A stretch of DNA of 64,000 bases from IMG/VR virus record IMGVR_UViG_3300018875_000001; one strand, written 5' to 3'. The position numbers were made by a program, and so were the translations under genes. Under the pieces are notes generated by a model. That model searched no databases and had not been told where the DNA came from. It saw only the letters and a program-made list of their open reading frames with translations. The DNA is from a virus. This document shows positions 43,942-51,944 of this stretch, piece after piece (within the stretch, counting starts at the first letter, position 1; each line of letters starts with the position of its first letter).

Positions 43942-45543
43942 TTACGATAAACGACGTTTCGCCTGACTAATTAATAATGGATGTACTTGGGATAATTGAC
44001 GATACAACTCTTCAAACGTTTCCCGAATATCCCATTGTGCTTCTTCGGATGTGCGAAGATTGATCAAATGATAAGCTTCCCATAAATCAAAACTAGCAAA
44101 TATATGACGACGATGTGCATTTAACACCACATATTCGGCTTCATTAGAAAAACCTGCTTCCACTAGTAAATTATACAATTCTTTAGATTGTTCAGCAATG
44201 TCTTTCAAGAGATTCTCTAATCCAGCTTCTTTAATTCTTGGTGGAATGGTAATTCCGAAATGTGGTGTTGGATTGGAAAAGACAAAATCTGTTTTCCGAT
44301 TATGTCTTAATAACTGATGCCAGTTAGCTTCAGATACAAAAAATTCGACCTGATATTGGACATGTTTAAATTCTTCTGGTGCCATATCAAAGTGCTGCAT
44401 TTCAAACAACAAATCTTTGATGATTTGTTCTTGTTTTTCTTTTCCTAAACACTTGGCTTTGTAATAAGCTGCCTTATACGGCAAATCTTCATGTTTCATC
44501 AACAATAAAGCAATAATATGCGCAATGATTTCACTTTCCATTTTGACACTGCTTAAAACCGCTGATTTAGATGAAGCGGTTATTGTGTTTCTTTCTGTAA
44601 AATGAGTTTCCATTCGTTTTTTGGAATTTCGCTGATATTGCGAAGGTGTAGCGTATTTCAATAATACTGGTAACACCTTTGAAATCTCAGTTCGAATATC
44701 TTCAGCTAGTTTTTGAGATTCCTTGTGTTTTGAATTACCTAATACTGCGAGTGCATCTCGCCATGCTCGACCATTGGCCGTCATACCAAGTTGAGTATAC
44801 ATTGAAAGCGGCAAAACATAACGAGCATCTTCAAAAGCCAATTTTTCTAATACTGAATCCTTTTCTTCTGGATATGTTTTCTTGAGATACTCAAATACTC
44901 CCTTAATTAACTGCTCAAATGCATCAAACGCTTTATGAAAAAATTCTTCTACTGTTATACGAATATTTTCACTTTCTTTATCAATAGGATTATGCCATTG
45001 ACCACGTTCAGGTTTTTGGTAACGCTGACTATATTCCGTAATAGATAAGAAAGAATTGGCGAGCTCTAGTTCTGCAGAAGCCAATCGAGAAATGCTTTCA
45101 ATCCCCACATGAGCCACAGCATGTTCAGCAACAGAAGAATGACCATAGCCCACAGTCCACTTTTCGTGAAACTTTCTTGCCTTTTCATCGAGTTCTTTGA
45201 AGGATTCAATGCGTCCTCTAATGTCGTGGTCCTTGAGGGCGATTTGAAGATGTTGTTTAAACGACTTGGGAGAACGTGATACCCAGGCAAATAGGGTTGC
45301 AATGAACTCTTCTGGCAATCCGACAATTGCATAAACAGGTCCATCCACGTTAGTGACATAGGGAGAAATATCAACTTCTTTTATTTGGTGTTCGTTCGGG
45401 GAAACCCCTTCACCACTTTGGCCAGTTTCGGATTCTTTTTCAGACCCTTCAAGGCGGTCTTGCTTCCGATTCCTATTCTTTTTGGAGTTTGTTTGATTTT
45501 CTTCATGGAAATCATCCTTTATTTCTTTTATTAGCTTAGACAT
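43942..45543 (-). CDS. thyX: ThyX-like flavin-dependent thymidylate synthase with tandem Thy1 domains
   Basis: N-terminal half: GYGHSSVAEHAVAHVGIESISRLAS...SITEYSQRY (S..E.SQRY retained, RHR lost). C-terminal half: WHQLLRHNRKTDF (RHxR retained, SxRY lost). At 533 aa it is about twice the length of a single-domain ThyX. Confidence 0.6.
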   Translation of the reverse strand: MSKLIKEIKDDFHEENQTNSKKNRNRKQDRLEGSEKESETGQSGEGVSPNEHQIKEVDISPYVTNVDGPVYAIVGLPEEFIATLFAWVSRSPKSFKQHLQIALKDHDIRGRIESFKELDEKARKFHEKWTVGYGHSSVAEHAVAHVGIESISRLASAELELANSFLSITEYSQRYQKPERGQWHNPIDKESENIRITVEEFFHKAFDAFEQLIKGVFEYLKKTYPEEKDSVLEKLAFEDARYVLPLSMYTQLGMTANGRAWRDALAVLGNSKHKESQKLAEDIRTEISKVLPVLLKYATPSQYQRNSKKRMETHFTERNTITASSKSAVLSSVKMESEIIAHIIALLLMKHEDLPYKAAYYKAKCLGKEKQEQIIKDLLFEMQHFDMAPEEFKHVQYQVEFFVSEANWHQLLRHNRKTDFVFSNPTPHFGITIPPRIKEAGLENLLKDIAEQSKELYNLLVEAGFSNEAEYVVLNAHRRHIFASFDLWEAYHLINLRTSEEAQWDIRETFEELYRQLSQVHPLLISQAKRRLS

Positions 45544-45737
45544 ATTGCTTCCTCCTTGTTCTTAGAATGGCAACGCCATCACCTGAAACCGAGAAAAGGT
45601 GGTCGAGGTGTGTCTACCCTCCTTTTTATAGATTTGTTGTATTACGCATATCAAACCTCGGTTTCACATGATGACGGGCGAGCGACTCCCTCCTGCACTC
45701 GCCAGTGTTTTATGATATGAAAGCGATGAAAACAAAA
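45544..45737 (-). promoter_or_regulatory. Structured intergenic element A (hairpin - 10-bp long-range stem enclosing ~63 nt - hairpin - SD)
   Basis: Long-range arms at 45584-45593 and 45657-45666. Flanking hairpins at 45677-45703 and 45566-45580. Two positions are mismatches on the plus strand but G-U pairs on the minus strand. The enclosed loop holds TTGATA-18-TATAAA. Confidence 0.5.
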
Positions 45738-46286
45738 TTACTGTACGGAAATTGCTTTCCCGTATACAAATTCTTCTACCGGAAGTTGCTCACCAGCTAC
45801 AAACCAGTTTTTAAAACGATCTGGCTGAATACCTTGTGTTCCTGGTGTAGCTTTCTTTACAAGCATGGTAGTTTGACATTCATGGCAATCTACCATTTTT
45901 ACTCCTTCTGGAATGTAATGGTTTCCTGTATTATTGCATTTAGGACAACGATAACGGCATCTGTAATGATTAATGCCATTTTTCACTTTAATGCCCGTGT
46001 TATAATAAGAAGGAATCTCTTGTTCTTTTTTCTCTATCTCCTCCAATGCTTCTTCCATTGAAGAAGGTTCCTTCGTAATAACAACATTGTTGGTTACATG
46101 AGTTACAGTTGGCGTTTTTTCTTCTGATATGGCATGTTCAATTTTCATTTCTTTCGGTGTTACTGAAATTGAAAAGAAATGAAATAGGCCATCAATCATT
46201 CTGTCAATCTGTGGAGAGGTGGCTTGTTCTACTTCTAATAATGCTTGTTGATGCTTATTTTGAACTTGTAATAATACTTTAGGCAT
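45738..46286 (-). CDS. hypothetical protein with a C-terminal zinc ribbon
   Basis: CPKCNNTG...CHECQ. SD AGGGAGGAGAAAAAAGAT. Confidence 0.5.
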   Translation of the reverse strand: MPKVLLQVQNKHQQALLEVEQATSPQIDRMIDGLFHFFSISVTPKEMKIEHAISEEKTPTVTHVTNNVVITKEPSSMEEALEEIEKKEQEIPSYYNTGIKVKNGINHYRCRYRCPKCNNTGNHYIPEGVKMVDCHECQTTMLVKKATPGTQGIQPDRFKNWFVAGEQLPVEEFVYGKAISVQ

Positions 46287-46454
46287 ATCTTTTTTCTCCT
46301 CCCTTTACTTGTATTCTTCACTTGTATCGGGAATGGCTCCCTAGTAAGCGGAGGGAAAATGAGGTATATCTATATAAAAAGGGGCATAGGACATGAACAA
46401 TGGATCCTCCGCTTACTAGGAAGCAGGAGAACATCTCCTACCTCCGACTGTATA
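46287..46454 (-). promoter_or_regulatory. Structured intergenic element B (same architecture as A and C)
   Basis: 15-bp perfect long-range stem, 46340-46354 with 46406-46420, enclosing ~51 nt. Flanking hairpins AGGAG-atgtt-CTCCT and GGGA-gccat-TCCC (minus strand). Confidence 0.5.
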
Positions 46455-46796
46455 TTACCAAGTGGTTTTCGTAGATTGAATCCGGTCTGTGACTTCATCA
46501 ATATCCGTCATCATTTGTTTTAATCGTACTAACCCATCTTGCACTTGGTTTTGGCATGCATCAATTCGATATGCAAATGCACGCAATGTTTCACGAGATG
46601 GTGGATTTGTAGATTGAGAGGCTTCCATAATTTCTTTTTCAATAGAATCAAAGCCTCTTAATGCAGACTCAAGCATTTCAATAGCAAATTTCGCTTTATC
46701 TGCAATATGGTCAATTTTTAATGCGGTTTCTTTCGTTTTTGCATTTCCCCAATCAGAAGACATATAGTTTGGAGATGAATTGGATGTATAAGACAT
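46455..46796 (-). CDS. hypothetical helical protein
   Basis: ATG 46796 after GAGGTGAAAGCA. This start avoids overlap with the upstream gene. Confidence 0.5.
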   Translation of the reverse strand: MSYTSNSSPNYMSSDWGNAKTKETALKIDHIADKAKFAIEMLESALRGFDSIEKEIMEASQSTNPPSRETLRAFAYRIDACQNQVQDGLVRLKQMMTDIDEVTDRIQSTKTTW

Positions 46797-46809
46797 TGCT
46801 TTCACCTCA

Positions 46810-47229
46810 TTACTTTTGATATTTGTCTGTAATTTCATCAATTTTATTAGTTAGTGCATCAATTTCATCCGTTAAGCGGTCAATTTCATCTGTGTATTTG
46901 TCTACATCTTTAATATTTTTTTGCACTTCCTGTAGATTGCTCATGGCTCCTGTCACCTTGGACATAATTTCTGTTGCAATCGAGCTAACCAATACTTGCA
47001 CATGATCCGGCGCATTGGTTCCAATTTGTTGTACCAATCGGTCCACAAGCGGCTTGATCTGACCTAATGTATTTTGAGCATTCGTTAATTCACGGCCACA
47101 AGAGTTCAACTCCGCATCAATTTTGTCAGATGTACGGTCAATCTTGGATTGCGTGATCTGGTCAATTTCACGAATCACTTTATCAATTTCATTACATAAT
47201 TCTCGTACAGCACTTTTACCTACAATCAT
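46810..47229 (-). CDS. hypothetical coiled-coil protein
   Basis: SD AAGGAGGAATCGGAAA. Repeated IDxxTDxID heptad-like pattern. Confidence 0.5.
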   Translation of the reverse strand: MIVGKSAVRELCNEIDKVIREIDQITQSKIDRTSDKIDAELNSCGRELTNAQNTLGQIKPLVDRLVQQIGTNAPDHVQVLVSSIATEIMSKVTGAMSNLQEVQKNIKDVDKYTDEIDRLTDEIDALTNKIDEITDKYQK

Positions 47230-47389
47230 TTTCCGATTCCTCCTTAATGATATATGTAATAAGGGGAGTCACATCTCCCCCATCAACAGAAGAGGGAAAA
47301 ATAAGCGGAAATCTAAGCACATGACATAAAGGGGGAATCCCTCCTCTGCTGATGGGGAAGGGTGACAACATCTCCTTCCCTTTTCTGTG
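47230..47389 (-). promoter_or_regulatory. Structured intergenic element C (same architecture as A and B; sequence-related to B)
   Basis: 16-bp long-range stem, 47281-47296 with 47339-47354; its 2 A-C mismatches on the plus strand become G-U pairs on the minus strand. Flanking hairpins at 47355-47380 and 47263-47280. Shares AGGAGATGTT with B. Confidence 0.5.
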
Positions 47390-47569
47390 CTACAATGTTT
47401 CTAATACATCACAAAACGTTTCTTCAATATATTGTTCTTGTTCTTGATCTGACATGTTATAGACTTCTTCAGAAACTTCCGTTGAAAAATGAACATGTCC
47501 TTGATCGTTATAAATGATTAAACGATAGCTGTCTCCAGCTTCTACTATTTCATACTGGTAGCGAACCAT
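47390..47569 (-). CDS. 59-aa acidic protein
   Basis: ATG 47569. MVRYQYEIVEAGDSYRLIIYNDQGHVHFSTEVSEEVYNMSDQEQEQYIEETFCDVLETL*. Below the ORF-track cutoff. Confidence 0.35.
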   Translation of the reverse strand: MVRYQYEIVEAGDSYRLIIYNDQGHVHFSTEVSEEVYNMSDQEQEQYIEETFCDVLETL

Positions 47570-47573
47570 CAGT

Positions 47574-47789
47574 TTAATAGCCTCCTGTTAAATCACTAAA
47601 GACTGTTGTGTTGCCGCCATCATAATATTCTGGTTTCTTACCTTCATCAGTCTTCTTAGACCCGGCATTGGCTAAAGATACCTCTAATTCTTGAGTAGCT
47701 ACTACACAAGATTCACCCTGGCCATTTAATACATCAAGCTTAATTTCGCCACCTGGTTTAATCGTGAATTTAACCTCTGTCTTTTGCAT
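47574..47789 (-). CDS. DUF2997-family small protein
   Basis: MQKTEVKFTIKPGGEIKLDVLNGQGESCVVATQELEVSL...KPEYY fits the DUF2997 pattern (I.F.I.pdG.v...v.G..G..C...t..lE..lG....t.EYY). ATG 47789 after GGGAGGAATTAT. Confidence 0.7.
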   Translation of the reverse strand: MQKTEVKFTIKPGGEIKLDVLNGQGESCVVATQELEVSLANAGSKKTDEGKKPEYYDGGNTTVFSDLTGGY

Positions 47790-47926
47790 TATAATTCCTC
47801 CCATTTAACATGTTCTCCAATTGGTAAGAAAAACTGAGTATGCGGAAATACTGTCGCATCGTTTCTGTGTTCTACCCAACCAATTTCATTGTTCCAATAG
47901 CCATCATTTGAAGAAATAATCCACAT
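47789..47926 (-). CDS. 45-aa protein
   Basis: ATG 47926 is coupled to the upstream stop (TAAAATG). Its stop overlaps the DUF2997 ATG (TAATG). Confidence 0.3.
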   Translation of the reverse strand: MWIISSNDGYWNNEIGWVEHRNDATVFPHTQFFLPIGEHVKWEEL

Positions 47927-47927
47927 T

Positions 47928-48227
47928 TTATGAACGACGGACTCCATCTTGCGTTAACACTCCTTCATCAATGGCTTGTTGAATCACTTGAAGTATATAT
48001 TCATCTTGTTCCTCATATGAAACATTTAAAAATATTTCATTATTCCATTGAGGTAAGTCTCTAACATCAAATGAATAATCTCCGTTATCAGAACATTTCA
48101 CATGATATCCAAACCAGAAAGTACGATAACCTTCTTCCATGTAATCATTTTTGTAGATATGGTAAATGGTGACATCATTATGAACTAAGGCGATTTCAGG
48201 TTCTACCCATTGATATTGGTATGGCAT
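47928..48227 (-). CDS. hypothetical protein
   Basis: SD AAGGAGGTAGA. No motif recognised. Confidence 0.5.
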   Translation of the reverse strand: MPYQYQWVEPEIALVHNDVTIYHIYKNDYMEEGYRTFWFGYHVKCSDNGDYSFDVRDLPQWNNEIFLNVSYEEQDEYILQVIQQAIDEGVLTQDGVRRS

Positions 48228-48273
48228 TCATTCTACCTCCTTACAAGCGGGAGTTTTACTCCCGCTTTGATTT

Positions 48274-48657
48274 TTACGCAAATGAAGAAGCTAAAATTTC
48301 GATTTCGCCTTTTTCATTAATGCTGATATCATCAATGCTCCAACGATTTTCTTCACATGCATCCATGACTTGATATTTGGAATGCAACTGAGAAATCTTG
48401 TTCGTAAATTCTTTTTCAGACCAAGGAAGCACATACCAATCGGCTTGCAATTGCAATTCATTAGTTTCTGTATCACGAACCCAACCAAGAGGTAGTACTT
48501 TGCCATTTTTGACAACAGCCAGTTCCGCTTTTCTTGTTTGACCATACCAGTCGGTAATCGTTGCATTTTCTTTGTAATCAAGTCCCATTTCTTGGAGTCC
48601 TCGTTTTACATACTCCATATTAGATACATTACATGTGTAGACTGCAAAATGTGACAT
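48274..48657 (-). CDS. DUF1257 (Ycf35-like) protein
   Basis: MSHFAVYTCNVSNMEYVKRGLQEMGLDY...WYGQTRKAELAV...LGW...ELQLQADWYVLPWSEKEFTNKISQLHSKYQV... parallels cyanobacterial Ycf35 (MSHF...AL.DLG...GYQGQ...A..VI...D.GF...EL.ADL.FW...F...+TQ.YA). Confidence 0.75.
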   Translation of the reverse strand: MSHFAVYTCNVSNMEYVKRGLQEMGLDYKENATITDWYGQTRKAELAVVKNGKVLPLGWVRDTETNELQLQADWYVLPWSEKEFTNKISQLHSKYQVMDACEENRWSIDDISINEKGEIEILASSFA

Positions 48658-48712
48658 CTGTACATCGTTCCTTTCTTTCTAAGATTGATTTATTTTAAAG
48701 AGCTTTGGCTCT

Positions 48713-49102
48713 TTAATCCTGTTTAGGGCGTGAAAGATATTTTTGAGCCACCTTTTTTAGCAATTCAATACGTCGCTCTTGAGAAGCTTTCACTTGTCGA
48801 TAAACTTCTTCTGGCATTTTTTCTGTTTCTTCTTTGGTGTAATTTTTTTCAATCAAGTACTTCAGATTTTGAATCTTTTTTTGCATATCTTTCATAAAGG
48901 ATTCTTTGATAAATTGAAAGACTTCTAAATGCTCAATTCGTTGAATAAATTGACGGAACTCATTTTCTAACTCCTGAGTTTCGTCCAATGCCAACATAAC
49001 AGCACGTTCAAAATTTTGTTGTTTATTGTATTGAACTTCATAATGAGAAAACTGTTGTAATATTTCCTGTACTTTTTTCCTTTGTTGATCTTTGTCATGC
49101 AT
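48713..49102 (-). CDS. hypothetical coiled-coil protein
   Basis: SD AAGGGGTGCTATC. No motif recognised. Confidence 0.5.
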   Translation of the reverse strand: MHDKDQQRKKVQEILQQFSHYEVQYNKQQNFERAVMLALDETQELENEFRQFIQRIEHLEVFQFIKESFMKDMQKKIQNLKYLIEKNYTKEETEKMPEEVYRQVKASQERRIELLKKVAQKYLSRPKQD

Positions 49103-49113
49103 GATAGCACCCC

Positions 49114-50745
49114 TTATCCTAAATCAAGGTCCGGAAAATCTACCTCAACCAATTTTGCTTTGGTATCAGCAGCGGCATGCAACAATTTATGTTCTTCACT
49201 AGAAGCACATTTAGCAGAATGTTTTGCCCAATTACGAAGATTAGTTAACAATTCCGGATTTCGCTTAGATAATGGAACAATCTTCGAAATTTGTCCTAGT
49301 AAATCCTCTTGACGAATATAATGAGTAGCTCGATTGCCTTTTCGATAATCGGCATATGCTCGTCTACCTGCCTCCGATACAACTTGTTCGATTTCAGCAC
49401 CAGTAAAATCCTCAGAGTTTTTAGCCAATTCTACAATTTGCGCCTCACTAAAGCAGTTTTCTTCTTGAGAGACATTACAAATTTTATATCCACGTTTTGT
49501 TAAATGAATTTTATAGATTTCTTCCCGTTCAGTCTGAGCAGGAAGTGAGACGAAGAAAATATCATCAAAACGACCTGCACGAGTTAGTTCTGCAGGAAGC
49601 TTTGTAATATCGTTCGCTGTTGCAATAACGAATACTGGAGCCTCTTTATCAGAAAGCCATGTCAATAACGTCTGAATGACACGAGAAGTCGTGCCTCCAT
49701 CCGATTTATCCGAAGAAGACATACCGGCTAATGCCTTTTCAAATTCATCTATCCATAACACGCAAGGCGATACACTTTCCGCTAATTTCAATGCACGGTC
49801 AATATTCTTTTCTGATTGACCTACTTTAGAATCCATAATATCGCTCATGTTCATTTTCAAAAGCGGTAAATTCCACATATGAGCAACTGATTTGGCTGTT
49901 AAAGATTTTCCGACACCCGGAAATCCAGCTACAACAACTCCACGAACCGGATCAATGCCATATTCTTTTGCTTCATGTTCAAATGCATATTGAGCATCAG
50001 CAAACCAGTCTTTTAATATATCCATACCACCAACATGGTCCATGTTTCCTAATTTTGTAACATACTCTAATAGACCAGTCTTTTTAATGACTTGTTCTTT
50101 TTCAGCGACAATTTCGTCTAGTACAATCTTTTTATGTTTAGCAACGGACTTTTTTAGTACATTGATAATTTCTGATTTCGTCATTCCAATTAATGCATTA
50201 ATAATCGCTACACGATCACGGCCTTCTGGAACTGGTAAATCTTTTGAAAGAAGAAAGGTTTCCATGCCACGAAGCTGTTCTTCTACTTGCTCACGAGTTG
50301 GTAATTCATAAGTAACAACTGTAATAAGTTTTTCTAGTTCCATCGGAATATTAATTTGCGGAGATACCAAAAGAATCGGCTTATAGATATTATCCTGTTT
50401 TTCCAAAATATCACGAAGACGACGCTTTGCTTGGAAATTTGTCCAGATGTCATGAAAATCCTTGATAACAAATGCAGCTGGCTTATCGTAATTCTCAATA
50501 AAATCCAACAATTTTACAGGATCATATAGTTTTTGAAATAGATCATTTGTAATTAAATCTTTTAATCCAGATGTAATACTCCATGTATAAGATTCAATAC
50601 CTTTTGCCTCAATAATGGTTTTTAAGTCCTCTTGAAACCGTTCTTCCTCGAATGTATGGACTAAAATAGAACGACGACGGGAATTCATTAATGTTGAAAT
50701 TTCCTCAATACCAGTCATTTTCTTAACAATTGCCTGCGACATCAT
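49114..50745 (-). CDS. AAA+ ATPase (Ycf46-like family)
   Basis: C-terminal AAA module: GVVVAGFPGVGKSLTAKSVA (Walker A), VLWIDEFEKA (Walker B), ...IATANDITKLPAELTRAGRFD. Long N-terminal non-ATPase domain as in Ycf46. SD AAGGAGGAATTA. Confidence 0.75.
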   Translation of the reverse strand: MMSQAIVKKMTGIEEISTLMNSRRRSILVHTFEEERFQEDLKTIIEAKGIESYTWSITSGLKDLITNDLFQKLYDPVKLLDFIENYDKPAAFVIKDFHDIWTNFQAKRRLRDILEKQDNIYKPILLVSPQINIPMELEKLITVVTYELPTREQVEEQLRGMETFLLSKDLPVPEGRDRVAIINALIGMTKSEIINVLKKSVAKHKKIVLDEIVAEKEQVIKKTGLLEYVTKLGNMDHVGGMDILKDWFADAQYAFEHEAKEYGIDPVRGVVVAGFPGVGKSLTAKSVAHMWNLPLLKMNMSDIMDSKVGQSEKNIDRALKLAESVSPCVLWIDEFEKALAGMSSSDKSDGGTTSRVIQTLLTWLSDKEAPVFVIATANDITKLPAELTRAGRFDDIFFVSLPAQTEREEIYKIHLTKRGYKICNVSQEENCFSEAQIVELAKNSEDFTGAEIEQVVSEAGRRAYADYRKGNRATHYIRQEDLLGQISKIVPLSKRNPELLTNLRNWAKHSAKCASSEEHKLLHAAADTKAKLVEVDFPDLDLG

Positions 50746-50780
50746 TAATTCCTCCTTAATAAGTGCTTTTTCCGATAAAT

Positions 50781-50793
50781 GTCCCGGAGGGAC
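50781..50793 (-). promoter_or_regulatory. GTCCCTCCGGGAC hairpin element in the AAA+ gene leader
   Basis: Minus strand reads TAAGGAAAGC-GTCCCTCCGGGAC-ATTTATCGGAAAAAG, about 35 nt before the ATG. Confidence 0.5.
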
Positions 50794-50800
50794 GCTTTCC

Positions 50801-51943
50801 TTACAAATCTAAATCAATATCCGAGAATTGCTGCACCAATTTTTCTTCTTTCTGTTTGTTTTTGCTTTCTTCTAAAATAAGTAAACGACTAGAACGGTAA
50901 CGTTCATTATTCGTTTCGTATAAAGGGCTTGACTTATCAAGGCCTTCTAATAATGATTTTGTTTCCTGAGCAGATACAACCATTGAATAAGAAGGATGTT
51001 GTTCATTAAAAATATCAATGGCTAATTGATACTTTTCGATATCTATTGATGCCTGTTCTGCATTTAACGCCACAGTTGTTTTTTCTCCTGCAACTAATGA
51101 ATAAATAGATTGTTGCTCTAAAGAATAATAACGAAATTCAAAACGATTACTGTCGGCTAAATCCTCAAACATACGACCTACCAAAAGAATACCGTAAATG
51201 TGAACAATAGAACGATTTCTTTCGTAGGTGTACTCCAAAGATTCGAAAGTTCCTACATCTTGATTTGTTTTTGTATCCCGAATGATTCCAATTCCTTGGT
51301 TCCATTGATACGATTTGTTAATATGGGCGTAATACTTTCCTTCATTCCATGAACGATTAATAAATTGTTCAAGAAGCATATAGACGGTATCCCGAAATTC
51401 CGGCACCTCTTCAAGACGTTGGCTTTTAATTTCATGAATCGCTTTAAAGAGCATTTCCTCAAATGATTGCAAAGAAAGAGTCGCTATCTCCTCCATATTT
51501 AATTTGTCATTTCGAGCCTTTACATAAATCTCATTTTTCTCAGCATCCCCATGCAGCGATATATCTATCTTAAATTTTTCAGATCCAATCATATCTTCCA
51601 GGTACTCAGCATCCACTACAATTTTATTAACCAAATTAATATCAACATAATCGTTTTCGCCGGTTTTTGGATTATACACTGGCATTCGCAAACCCTCCCA
51701 TACTTCTTTGATTATATTTTTAGACGATAATGCTGATGCTTTAGAAAGAATTTCATATACCCCTTGTGGTATAGCTGAATCGATGCATATAGCAGAATCA
51801 TGTATTACAGAATTAAAAGGAATTTCTTCAATTTCAAGAGAATCGTTTTCATATTTATCTTGAATATACCTCTGAAAATATTCCTCCAAAGAATGATTTA
51901 AATTTCTTCCTAGTCTACCCCAAGAATCAGAAGAAAAATACAT
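50801..51943 (-). CDS. hypothetical 380-aa protein
   Basis: SD AATAGGAGAAGTCTAAC. No motif recognised. Confidence 0.55.
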   Translation of the reverse strand: MYFSSDSWGRLGRNLNHSLEEYFQRYIQDKYENDSLEIEEIPFNSVIHDSAICIDSAIPQGVYEILSKASALSSKNIIKEVWEGLRMPVYNPKTGENDYVDINLVNKIVVDAEYLEDMIGSEKFKIDISLHGDAEKNEIYVKARNDKLNMEEIATLSLQSFEEMLFKAIHEIKSQRLEEVPEFRDTVYMLLEQFINRSWNEGKYYAHINKSYQWNQGIGIIRDTKTNQDVGTFESLEYTYERNRSIVHIYGILLVGRMFEDLADSNRFEFRYYSLEQQSIYSLVAGEKTTVALNAEQASIDIEKYQLAIDIFNEQHPSYSMVVSAQETKSLLEGLDKSSPLYETNNERYRSSRLLILEESKNKQKEEKLVQQFSDIDLDL

Positions 51944-51944
51944 G

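Noticed and set aside
45544-45737. Possible THF riboswitch upstream of thyX (GGAGGGUAGAC resembles the GGAGAGUAGAU start of THF-I aptamers).
   Set aside because: There is no downstream CCCUCC-type partner to close a P1 helix, and the other conserved THF-I blocks are not in order. The same architecture recurs before two unrelated genes.
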